Shown here: positions 8,609 to 17,233 of the stretch, piece by piece
Position numbering within the stretch: position 1 is the stretch's first letter
Layout: every line of letters starts with the position of its first letter
Source of the DNA: an uncultured archaeon
GTDB taxonomy: Archaea; Asgardarchaeota; Lokiarchaeia; Sigyniarchaeales; SOKP01
NCBI GenBank assembly: GCA_964388035.1
Contig: CAYLZE010000076.1
Coordinates: forward strand, 3,188 to 24,181
Reading direction: 5' to 3'
DNA length: 20,994 nucleotides
Notes under the pieces: model-generated
Told to the model about the DNA's origin: nothing
Seen by the model: only the letters and a program-made list of their open reading frames with translations
Databases searched by the model: none
Made by a program: the position numbers and the translations under genes

Positions 8609-8959
8609 TTAGAACATGAGACTTTTTAATTTCATTAAATTCCTGGCTTTTCCCTCAACTATCTTAATCTTTCCCGAAGAATAAGCCTTAACGCCCCCAA
8701 TTTTCTTATTAAACATGTCTATCATGACCTGTTCTGAGGTAAAATCTATTTTAACCGGCGCATTATCATCCCCTACTCCGATTTTCGTCTCAATACCTTG
8801 ATCCTTATTCACTAAAAGAAGTGCTTTTCGTCCGGAATCTAAAAAGGTCATTTGGATGGGCTCATCATACGTTTTAAGCTTAGCTTTTGTTTTCTCAGAA
8901 CTATTATATCGATTTTCTATTTCTTTTAAACAATCTTCCACTTTTTCAAACTCTGACAT
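8609..8959 (-). CDS. SCP2 (sterol carrier protein 2) domain lipid-binding protein
   Basis: 116 aa with the typical SCP2 C-terminal signature (MIDMFNKKIGGVKAYSSGKIKIVEG...LMKLKSL). Confidence 0.8.
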   Translation of the reverse strand: MSEFEKVEDCLKEIENRYNSSEKTKAKLKTYDEPIQMTFLDSGRKALLLVNKDQGIETKIGVGDDNAPVKIDFTSEQVMIDMFNKKIGGVKAYSSGKIKIVEGKARNLMKLKSLMF

Positions 8960-9039
8960 GTTAGATCAACTTTTGTATTATTATTGTGTTCACGAAAAAG
9001 AATTTAAGATCTTTAATAAAACATGAGAAATTTTAACCT

Positions 9040-10554
9040 TTATAAATCTTCAATTTTATCATTTATCTGTCTCCATTCGGAGTATAAGGTCTTATATTTA
9101 TCGGCAATCGCTTGATCTGGGGAATAAAAATCATGTTCAACAAATTTCTCTATTAACTCTGTTTCACTTTTATTATAATCCAATCCAATTAGAGTATTCA
9201 TCGCCAATCCAATAAAAGCAGAATCTTTGGTTTTTTTCGGGACTTTTATCTCAGTATCCAAGATATTAGCTAAAATCTTACAAGTTTCTTCTGAATTTGC
9301 TAATCCACCAGCACAAAATGTAGTACTTTTAGAATTGGTAAATTGTTTCAAGAAATTATAATTTTCTAAAATGCCAAATCCAATGTTGTCGATTACTGCT
9401 TTTGTAAAATTCGGGAGCTTGGTAAATTCCTCGGCAACAATTACTGGAGCTCGAAAAACAAAAACTCCTCTTTTAATTGAGGTTTGATCCTTAATTTTAG
9501 TGAGTTCCGGGCCTAAGAAAGCCAAGGTAGAATCGTCTTGGGGATCTACACTCTTTAAATGAGTTTCTACCAATTCATCGGGATCATCCGTTAATCCTTT
9601 CAAAAAACAATCCTTATACCAATCATATACAGTTCCAGTATTTCCTGCATTTGCTTCTAGCATCCAAGTATTTTTTATCGAATGATTGATTAACCAATGA
9701 TCTCCTTCCGGGTCCAATAATGGTTTATCTAAAATAAGATGAAGTGGTCCGGTAGTTCCTAAAGTAAGACCAATATCTCCAGCATGCACGGCACCCATCC
9801 CTAACAAGGATGCTTGAGTGTCTCCACCGCTTTTTATTACAGGAATTGTGTGTTCTCCGATTCCTGTTAATTGTAGCATTTTAGGCGTCAAATCACCTAC
9901 GATAGTTCGGGGATCAACTACTTCAGGAAACCAATTAAAATCAAAATTAAATGCTTCAATGATTTCTTCACTCCAGGTTTCTCTTTTAACATCAAAAAGT
10001 TGAGAATCCGATGCGGAAGTTCGATCTGTATAAAAATTTCCCGTTAGTTTGTAAATAATCCAGTCATCAAGCATTAACACTTTATCAACCTTCTCATACT
10101 TATCTTCCTCTTCTTCTTGGAACCATAAAAGACGAGCCAAGCAGAATAGCATGGGTGGAATATGCCCCGTTATTTGATAAAGTTCTTCATCAGTGAAATG
10201 ATCTTCTATGAGATAAGCTGAATCTATGCCTCGAACATCAATATTGGGTCCACCATAAATCTCCTTGCCCTTCTTGTCCAAAAATACTGCAGCCATTCTC
10301 TGGGCACAAGAAGATATGCCTATGATTTCTTCTGGTGCTATGTGTGCTGTTTTTAATGTTGATTTTATACCATTCACAACAAGTTCCCATAATTCATCCA
10401 TGTTAAAACTTCTCGCAAATCCATCTAAATCTTCAACTACAAAATTGATTTCCTTTTGTGAAGCTGCAAGTAAATCCAGATTTTCAGAAACTAAACCAAT
10501 TTTGACACTTTTAGAAGATATATCTATACTTATAATTTTTCTAGAATCTGTCAT
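9040..10554 (-). CDS. FGGY-family carbohydrate kinase, LsrK (autoinducer-2 kinase)-like subfamily
   Basis: N-terminal IISID, IAPEEIIGISSCAQR, PNIDVRG, ARLLW, GGDTQ, LGTT and AGG..S motifs; 504 aa. Confidence 0.9.
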   Translation of the reverse strand: MTDSRKIISIDISSKSVKIGLVSENLDLLAASQKEINFVVEDLDGFARSFNMDELWELVVNGIKSTLKTAHIAPEEIIGISSCAQRMAAVFLDKKGKEIYGGPNIDVRGIDSAYLIEDHFTDEELYQITGHIPPMLFCLARLLWFQEEEEDKYEKVDKVLMLDDWIIYKLTGNFYTDRTSASDSQLFDVKRETWSEEIIEAFNFDFNWFPEVVDPRTIVGDLTPKMLQLTGIGEHTIPVIKSGGDTQASLLGMGAVHAGDIGLTLGTTGPLHLILDKPLLDPEGDHWLINHSIKNTWMLEANAGNTGTVYDWYKDCFLKGLTDDPDELVETHLKSVDPQDDSTLAFLGPELTKIKDQTSIKRGVFVFRAPVIVAEEFTKLPNFTKAVIDNIGFGILENYNFLKQFTNSKSTTFCAGGLANSEETCKILANILDTEIKVPKKTKDSAFIGLAMNTLIGLDYNKSETELIEKFVEHDFYSPDQAIADKYKTLYSEWRQINDKIEDL

Positions 10555-10602
10555 GGTAAATATTCACAAATCAATAATTAAATAAATTATTCTGTTTGAT
10601 CC

Positions 10603-10610
10603 ATATAAAA
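10603..10610 (-). promoter_or_regulatory. Candidate TATA box (TTTTATAT) for the kinase cluster
   Basis: TATA-like octamer about 50 nt upstream of the kinase ATG. The AT-rich background limits certainty. Confidence 0.3.
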
Positions 10611-10670
10611 CTAGCACTTATTTCGAGAAAAAATTCAAGAAGAAAGAGAACATGAAAATAATTAGATTAA

Positions 10671-11312
10671 TTATTTAGGATTTAGATATTTTCTAATGAC
10701 CTCTCCCCTGGGAGATTTTTCTTCAAATAATATCGCTTGAAAAGAATAAATTTTTGTGGAAAGCTCTTTCCAAGCATTCGAAGGGAGCCAAGCTTTTTGA
10801 CAAGTATGATGAAGAAATTCCTCAACGGTCCAATTCCTATCGTGATCCACGGGGACCTGGGGTAAAAGCAAACCTCGTCTCGCTCCCTTCTCAGCAATGA
10901 GCCCATCTCTTCCTATAACTATTTTATCTAGGTATTCTTTCGGATCTTTAACTTGTATTAGTTTTGGAGGAGTTAATATGGAAATCTCAATAACAATGTC
11001 CTCCATCTCCTTCAACGTGACCGATGAGAAACGGGGATCTTCTGTAGCTGAGCTAACAGAAACCATATGGACAACATCATATAAAGGATATATGGGTTCT
11101 ATATAACCAATGCATCCTCTGAGAGGATTATCACTTTTTTCAATTCTATTAAGAGATACAAAATCACCATATTTCACATGAAACTTTTCTTTTATTTCTT
11201 CCGGAATAGGGATACGCTTACCATTTTTTAAATAATGTTCGATATTATCTCTAGCAAAATTGATCAGCACCTTGCCATCTTGAACTGTAAATTTTTCTTC
11301 TTCCTCAGTCAT
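10671..11312 (-). CDS. AMMECR1 domain protein (TIGR00296 / AmmeMemoRadiSam protein A family)
   Basis: LRGCIG signature, EDPRF, IEISILTPP, IGRDGLI, GLLLPQV and KAWL. SD GAGGTGA 6 nt before the ATG. Confidence 0.93.
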   Translation of the reverse strand: MTEEEEKFTVQDGKVLINFARDNIEHYLKNGKRIPIPEEIKEKFHVKYGDFVSLNRIEKSDNPLRGCIGYIEPIYPLYDVVHMVSVSSATEDPRFSSVTLKEMEDIVIEISILTPPKLIQVKDPKEYLDKIVIGRDGLIAEKGARRGLLLPQVPVDHDRNWTVEEFLHHTCQKAWLPSNAWKELSTKIYSFQAILFEEKSPRGEVIRKYLNPK

Positions 11313-11344
11313 CTTAATTCACCTCATTTCCATGTATTCTAGAA

Positions 11345-12739
11345 TTATTCAAACGGATTTATTATTTTTCCTTCATGATTATATTGTTCGCCATTTATTT
11401 CATGACCATTTAAAAACGTGTTTTCTATTCGAACAGAAGTAGTATAGTTTTCAAATGGTGTAAATTTAGCTTTAGTGTGAAAATTTTTGGATTTTATCGG
11501 ATAGGGAGATGTTTTTTTTATGATCATTAAATCTGCTGTAAATCCTTCCGTAATCGAACCCTTATTCGTCAAATTAAATACATGAGCAGGATTTTCCGAC
11601 ACGCATCTAACATGAGAACTCATTGAGACTGCATCTGTATAAACTCTTTCCAGCATCAGCAACGGATAAGTCTCGAATCCAGGAAATCCCGAAGGCGCTT
11701 TAAAAAACTCTTCAGATTTTTCCTTTAATGAGTGAGGCGCGTGATCCGTTCCCATTAAGAAAACATTCCCTTTACGATATTCTTCATATAAAAAATGAGA
11801 ATGTTTGGGGGTTCTTAAAGGAGGAAGAACCTTTCCATATGAATCCTTATCCAGAGATAATTTATTCGAGAGAAGCATGTGATGAGGGGTGATTTCAAAA
11901 GTGATTTTTAATCCCATGGCGAAAGAATTTGCCCTTTTAAGTGCTCTATAGCCCTCTTTTGAGCTAACATGACACATGTGAATAATTGGATAATCATCGG
12001 GTCGGACATCATTGGTTTTTATAAATTTATAATAATTTTTTATTATATGATTGATGAATCGCAATTCACCAGAAATAGGGTTTAAAATATCATGGACTTC
12101 TAAAGAAGTGAGGGAAGAATTTTTAAATTTTTCTCGAATCTGATCAACGGTACGTGCTTTCTGGGGCCAAGCGGGATGAATAAAAATTGGAATTTTTAAT
12201 TGGGAAGAAATTTTCAAGAGTTTTTGGATATTTTTAACGAGGGTCCAATCTATTCCATTTAATGGTGCATGAGGATAAATTTTTAATCCTAAAATACCGA
12301 GTTTTTTCATGCTTTTAATTTCATCTTCATCAATTTCCAAGGGGACTCCTCCTATAAATGCTACATCCGTATATATCCGCCCTTTAGCGGCGTCCATCCA
12401 TTGCTTTACAATTTTGGAGTTTATAGCAGGTGGTTTAGTATTCGGCATGGTAAAAACAGTGGTGATTCCCGATAAAATTGCTGCTTTTGTTCCCGTTTCG
12501 AAGGTTTCTTTTTTTTGTTGCCCCATATCTCTTAGATGAGAATGTATATCAATGATGCCCGGTAAGATTATCTTCCCCTTGCAATCCATTTCCTTTCCAT
12601 CCTCATTATTATTTCTTAATGAGGTTAAACTTAAATTAGGGGTAGATTCAAGGATTGCTTCAATTTTCCCCCGGTTTATTAAGATTGAACCATTTCTTAG
12701 ATTACCTTTCCGGTAAACTTTTCCATTTTTTAATATCAT
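11345..12739 (-). CDS. pyrC: Dihydroorotase (amidohydrolase superfamily)
   Basis: LPGIIDIHSHLRD with the substrate Arg, GITTVFTMPNTKP, GLKIY, EITPHH, KVLPPLR, GTDHAPH, APSGFPGFET and TPFE. Confidence 0.88.
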   Translation of the reverse strand: MILKNGKVYRKGNLRNGSILINRGKIEAILESTPNLSLTSLRNNNEDGKEMDCKGKIILPGIIDIHSHLRDMGQQKKETFETGTKAAILSGITTVFTMPNTKPPAINSKIVKQWMDAAKGRIYTDVAFIGGVPLEIDEDEIKSMKKLGILGLKIYPHAPLNGIDWTLVKNIQKLLKISSQLKIPIFIHPAWPQKARTVDQIREKFKNSSLTSLEVHDILNPISGELRFINHIIKNYYKFIKTNDVRPDDYPIIHMCHVSSKEGYRALKRANSFAMGLKITFEITPHHMLLSNKLSLDKDSYGKVLPPLRTPKHSHFLYEEYRKGNVFLMGTDHAPHSLKEKSEEFFKAPSGFPGFETYPLLMLERVYTDAVSMSSHVRCVSENPAHVFNLTNKGSITEGFTADLMIIKKTSPYPIKSKNFHTKAKFTPFENYTTSVRIENTFLNGHEINGEQYNHEGKIINPFE

Positions 12740-12742
12740 GGA

Positions 12743-13420
12743 TTATTGATTCCGTATCTTTTCTTCACGGAGATCCCATTGATAATTCATATATAAAATT
12801 ATATCTGAAACAGACCTTATAGGTGATATTGAACGCTTGATTATGTGTTGATTATTCATTAAAGACTTCATTAATTCTTCATTTTCTTGATTGATATGAA
12901 TTGGGATTAAAAGTAAAGCACCAGTTGCATTTTTAGGCATTATATTAGAATCAAAATCTAATTCTTTTATCTCTAAATCCCTAAATTTTCGGTCTAAAAT
13001 TAGAATTATGAATTTATTATCTAAAGTAAGGAGAAAATCCATAAATTTGAAATTATTGGATAAAGACATCACGTAAATTCCAGGAGTTGATTTCTTCCAT
13101 TGATTTGGTTGATAAGGAAAGTTAGTATTCCTCAAATTTAAAGCCTTACTTAATAATATCGCTTGAGACCTCTCATCAGATCCTACAAATCTTAATTCAT
13201 TTCCAACAAATTTTACCAGAAATGCGTTTTCCAGGAAAAACATGTAAAGATTATTCATTTTTCTAATAGCATAAGATAAACAGAACGTTTCTTTTATGCA
13301 ATTACAAAGTTGATAAATTTCTAAGGGTGTGAACCCTTTATCAATGTCTTTTTTGGTATAAGGAATAATTTCCTTAACGATTAGTAAAAAATCTGCCAAA
13401 ATGGTCAAGCAATCCTGCAA
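12743..13420 (-). CDS. trmY: TrmY-like SPOUT protein (tRNA pseudouridine-54 N1-methyltransferase homolog) with degenerate SAM-binding motifs; likely start TTG 13399
   Basis: LC.CI..TFCLSYAIRK, VKFVGNELR..GSDERS.A.LL.KAL and W..STPGIYV match the TrmY/COG1901 N-terminal motifs as recalled. It lies immediately downstream of SRP54. Confidence 0.75.
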   Translation of the reverse strand: MQDCLTILADFLLIVKEIIPYTKKDIDKGFTPLEIYQLCNCIKETFCLSYAIRKMNNLYMFFLENAFLVKFVGNELRFVGSDERSQAILLSKALNLRNTNFPYQPNQWKKSTPGIYVMSLSNNFKFMDFLLTLDNKFIILILDRKFRDLEIKELDFDSNIMPKNATGALLLIPIHINQENEELMKSLMNNQHIIKRSISPIRSVSDIILYMNYQWDLREEKIRNQ

Positions 13421-13438
13421 TTAGAATATAATAACATG

Positions 13439-14818
13439 TTAGAATTTAAAATCTTTCGACATTTTATTCATGAATTGTTGCGCCCCTTTTCCCATTCCGG
13501 GCATCATTGGCATACCTTTCTTTCCTTTTTGTCTTAATTTCATGAATTGTTTCATCATCTTTTTCATTTGGTTATATTGGTCCAGCATTTTATTTATTAC
13601 GGAATAATCCGTTCCCGAGCCAATTGCGATGCGTCTTTTTCGAGATTTTTTAATGATTTTGGGGGAATTTTTTTCTTCGGGAGTCATGGAATTAAGTACT
13701 ACTTCCCATTTGTCCAAGTTTTTTTCTGCATCTTCTTTTAAAGCATCTGGTATATTTCCTCCTCCCATCATTCCAATAATTTGCTTAAACTTTCCTACTT
13801 TTTTAATGGATTTTAATTGGTTGTAAAGATCATCCAACGTGAATTTTCCGTGCATCATTCTTTTCACTGCTTCAGGATCAGGCATGGCTTCTGCTTCTTG
13901 AACTCTTTCAATCAAAGCACTAATATTTGGTACACCTAATAAAGATCCTACAAAAGAAGAGGGATCGAATTCTTCTAATGCATCAATTTTTTCTCCTGTT
14001 CCAATAAAACGGATGGGAACATGCGTTGCAGCGCAGGCAGATAATGCTCCTCCTCCTTTAGCCGTTCCATCCAATTTTGTGACAATGATAGAACCCAAAT
14101 TTGTAGCTTTCGCAAACTCCTCTGCTTGAGAATAAGCTTGTTGACCTAATGTTCCATCTATGACGAGTATTACCTCGTTAGGTTTCAGAACTTTTTCAAG
14201 TTGCTTCATTTCTTCCATTAATTCCTTTTCTTCCTTGTGCCTGCCCGCAGTATCCACGATTACCAAATCATTCCCCTCCAAAATGGCTTTCTTGGTCTCT
14301 TTTACCGCAATTTTGAGAGCATTTTTTTCTTTGGGATTTCCATAACACTTCACATCAATTTGTTCCGCCAATTGGCAAAGTTGCTCATAGGCTCCCGGTC
14401 TCCAAGTATCAGTAGTTAAAGCAGCCACTTTCCAACCCTTTCTTTTATAGTACTGAGCTAGCTTTCCGATGGTAGTCGTTTTTCCCGAGCCTTGTATTCC
14501 CACTAATAATACTACATTTTTTTTCCCGGAACGAATTCTAATAGGAGCTTTAGTACCCCCTAAGGTTTTAATTAATTCATCGTGAATTAATTTAATAATG
14601 AAATCTTTCCGTTTCGCTTTTTGGAGCTCAGTATTCATCGCTTCTTTCTTTATATTTTCTGTCATTTGGAAAACTAATTCCACTTTTACATCAGAGGATA
14701 AAAGGGCTCGCTGCAAATCTTGGATTAATGCATTAATTGCATCTTTATCGATTTTTGGTAAGCGCCTGACCTTTCTGATTGCACTATCAAGTCCTCTTCC
14801 TAACTTTTCTAATACCAT
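13439..14818 (-). CDS. ffh: Signal recognition particle protein SRP54
   Basis: [49 protein letters not shown]-domain GKFTLDD and SR.RRIA.GSG. Confidence 0.98.
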   Translation of the reverse strand: MVLEKLGRGLDSAIRKVRRLPKIDKDAINALIQDLQRALLSSDVKVELVFQMTENIKKEAMNTELQKAKRKDFIIKLIHDELIKTLGGTKAPIRIRSGKKNVVLLVGIQGSGKTTTIGKLAQYYKRKGWKVAALTTDTWRPGAYEQLCQLAEQIDVKCYGNPKEKNALKIAVKETKKAILEGNDLVIVDTAGRHKEEKELMEEMKQLEKVLKPNEVILVIDGTLGQQAYSQAEEFAKATNLGSIIVTKLDGTAKGGGALSACAATHVPIRFIGTGEKIDALEEFDPSSFVGSLLGVPNISALIERVQEAEAMPDPEAVKRMMHGKFTLDDLYNQLKSIKKVGKFKQIIGMMGGGNIPDALKEDAEKNLDKWEVVLNSMTPEEKNSPKIIKKSRKRRIAIGSGTDYSVINKMLDQYNQMKKMMKQFMKLRQKGKKGMPMMPGMGKGAQQFMNKMSKDFKF

Positions 14819-14982
14819 TCTTTAAAAGCCGATTTTATTTCAGTCTGTTTTTAATCCTAATATCTTAATATATTTAAGGCTAAATATTTCTTTCTTTTAA
14901 CATTTAACATTTTTTATTAACCTTATAGGGAAAGAAAAATTTCAATAAGAATAGTGGATTTAAAAATTTAGAAGAAAAGTAT

Positions 14983-15420
14983 GTGGTGATTATTATTAGT
15001 ATCAGACGAGAGGAAGTTCAAAAGTTAAAGACAGGACATTATATTATGGTGGAAGGGGAGCCTTGTGTGATCAAAAGTACAGAAAGAAGTAAAAGCGGAA
15101 AACACGGTCATGCGAAGGTGCGTGTTGTCTGCATTGGGGTTTTTGATAATAGTAAAAGATCTCTTACAGTACCGAGTGGCACTTTAATGGAAGTACCCGA
15201 AATCGTGAAGGGAAATGCACAGATCAATTATATTGAAGAAAGTCTCATTAATATCATGGATGTAGCATCTTATGATTCCTTTGATGTGAAATGGCCCGAT
15301 GATGAAGAAATGAAGAAAAAACTAACGGAATTGCAAACAAATCCTTCCAAGATGGCAGCTGCTCAAGTGGAATTTTGGGAACTTGCCGGTCGGCATTTGA
15401 TTAATCGCATCATAATATAA
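14983..15420 (+). CDS. eif5a: Translation factor aIF5A/eIF5A; the start is possibly ATT 14995 (MSIRREE...)
   Basis: GEPC and the hypusine loop SKSGKHGHAK (Lys codon 15100), followed by VPEI.K..AQ and MD..SY. Confidence 0.96.
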   Translation: MVIIISIRREEVQKLKTGHYIMVEGEPCVIKSTERSKSGKHGHAKVRVVCIGVFDNSKRSLTVPSGTLMEVPEIVKGNAQINYIEESLINIMDVASYDSFDVKWPDDEEMKKKLTELQTNPSKMAAAQVEFWELAGRHLINRIII

Positions 15421-15528
15421 TGTCTAATTTTTACAATGGTAACTAATTCTTTTATTAGAAACCATAATTTTATTTTTATTCAAAAGAATATTCTTTTGAA
15501 AACTTGATAAAAAAATCGAATTTCAGTA

Positions 15529-16482
15529 ATGGGTTCTGGTATGGTTGAAAAAGCTGTTGCACTTGCCTGCAGGATGGACTCTGAAAGGGCATTAGCATTA
15601 ACGAAGAAAATTTATGTCTACCTTATTAAGCAGAAAGGAGAGACGGTCTTCCTTGAGACGAGAATCGCTCCTAAGATTTTCCCCCTTAATGGGAAGGATT
15701 TAAATGAGATGACTTCAGAGAATACCAAATTTGCTATCTCTATTGGCGGGGATGGCACTCTTCTTAGGGTTGCTCAAGGATTAAATCAGAAGGATTCCCC
15801 TCCTATTTTTGGAGTGAACATCGGGTCTATCGGATTCTTGGACGAATCCAATGAAAGAACGGTTTTTAACGATTTAGATAAAATTTTAAACGGGAAATAT
15901 ATCCTCGAAAAATGCACTCGATTAACGGCTTACATTGTTAAAAATGAGACTGAGGAAATAAAACTCAATAACGCATTAAATGAAATCTTAATCATTTCCT
16001 CAAAAGCCTCAAAAATCATGCAAGTATCGGTCAAAATTAATGGGATATTTCTAAATCGCAGTTATTTGGATGGAATCATCATTTCGACTTCAACCGGATC
16101 CACGGCCTATAATTTGAGTGCGGGAGGTGCGATTGTAGATCCTCAACTGCATATCATGCAAATTACCCCGCTTAATTCTTATGCTCAATCGGGATTAAAA
16201 CCTATTATTCTACCCATAGAGAGCGAGATCGGAATAAAATTATTAAGACCTCGCATCGAGGCAAAAATCGTAATTGATGGACAGAGAGTCATAAAAGCAA
16301 TACAGCCAAATACCATCATTAAGGTTAGAAAAGCTAATTCTGATGTTAAATTTATTCGTCTATCAAATACAGTAGATGAAAATTACATAAAACGATTAAG
16401 AAAGAAAATTATTAATACTCATAGGGGTCTGCCACTCAATGACTCCCCGGAATCATCCGAAGGGCAATTAAATAATGAATAA
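15529..16482 (+). CDS. nadK: NAD(+)/NADH kinase
   Basis: GGDGT, GVNIGSIGFL, ALNE and DGIIISTSTGSTAYNLSAGG. Alternative start ATG 15541. Confidence 0.96.
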   Translation: MGSGMVEKAVALACRMDSERALALTKKIYVYLIKQKGETVFLETRIAPKIFPLNGKDLNEMTSENTKFAISIGGDGTLLRVAQGLNQKDSPPIFGVNIGSIGFLDESNERTVFNDLDKILNGKYILEKCTRLTAYIVKNETEEIKLNNALNEILIISSKASKIMQVSVKINGIFLNRSYLDGIIISTSTGSTAYNLSAGGAIVDPQLHIMQITPLNSYAQSGLKPIILPIESEIGIKLLRPRIEAKIVIDGQRVIKAIQPNTIIKVRKANSDVKFIRLSNTVDENYIKRLRKKIINTHRGLPLNDSPESSEGQLNNE

Positions 16483-17017
16483 CATTTTTGTTTTTGATAC
16501 AAACATTTTCTTATTAGGAACCAATATCAATGTAATTAATGGGTTGATTTATACCACCCCCTCTATTCTAGATGAGATCAGGGTAGAAAAGTATTTAGAG
16601 AAGAATAGAAATATTTTAAACATAATTGAAGCAGCTATTTCAAATAAAAAATTAGTGATAAAACAACCTTCTTATAAATTTGTTCAAATCATTGAGGATC
16701 AATCTCTAATCACGGGTGATGTCCGGGCTCTCTCTAAAGCAGATAAAGAGCTATTAGCTTTAGCCTTAGAGTTATTAAACACAGAAAATCAGGAAGTTAT
16801 AGTATATACGAATGATTATTCCATGGAAAATGTTTGCATGCAACTGAATATTCCCTATTCTCCGCTAAAGAAAGAGGGAATTAAACATAAAATTGTTTGG
16901 CAAGTTTATTGTCCTTTTTGCAAGACAACACGCGAAGTAGAACAATATAATAACCTTTGTGAGATATGTGGTTCAAAATTAGTCAGAAGACCGAAAAGGA
17001 AAGACAATTCCGCTTAA
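16475..17017 (+). CDS. nob1: Nob1 endoribonuclease (PIN domain plus Zn ribbon), pre-16S rRNA processing
   Basis: VFDTN, YTTPSILDEI, TGD..ALSKADKELLALA, TNDYSMENV, CPFC...CEICGS. Overlaps nadK by 8 nt. Confidence 0.92.
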   Translation: MNNIFVFDTNIFLLGTNINVINGLIYTTPSILDEIRVEKYLEKNRNILNIIEAAISNKKLVIKQPSYKFVQIIEDQSLITGDVRALSKADKELLALALELLNTENQEVIVYTNDYSMENVCMQLNIPYSPLKKEGIKHKIVWQVYCPFCKTTREVEQYNNLCEICGSKLVRRPKRKDNSA

Positions 17018-17056
17018 AGTTAATTAATAATAGCTAAGAATAGCTTTAACTTTAAG
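17013..17056. repeat. 11-bp perfect inverted repeat overlapping the nob1 stop codon (possible hairpin)
   Basis: CTTAAAGTTAA (17013-17023) and TTAACTTTAAG (17046-17056) with a 22-nt spacer. Confidence 0.55.
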
Positions 17057-17233
17057 GAAATGATAGTATTTTAAAAATAAAACTTCTTTACCTGCATTTT
17101 TAATCAAAACCAAGAATTTGATAATACAAAGAGGTTAATAAGGTTAAAAGTAAAAATATTATGAATATAAATAAAAAGTCTCTTATATTAGTTTATATTG
17201 ATAAAAATTAGAACTTAACAAGAGGGAACATCA

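Noticed and set aside
16807-16830. Nob1 TNDY instead of TDDY as possible inactivation
   Set aside because: The variable position precedes the conserved Asp (eukaryotic Nob1 has TxDF), and the other acidic residues are present.
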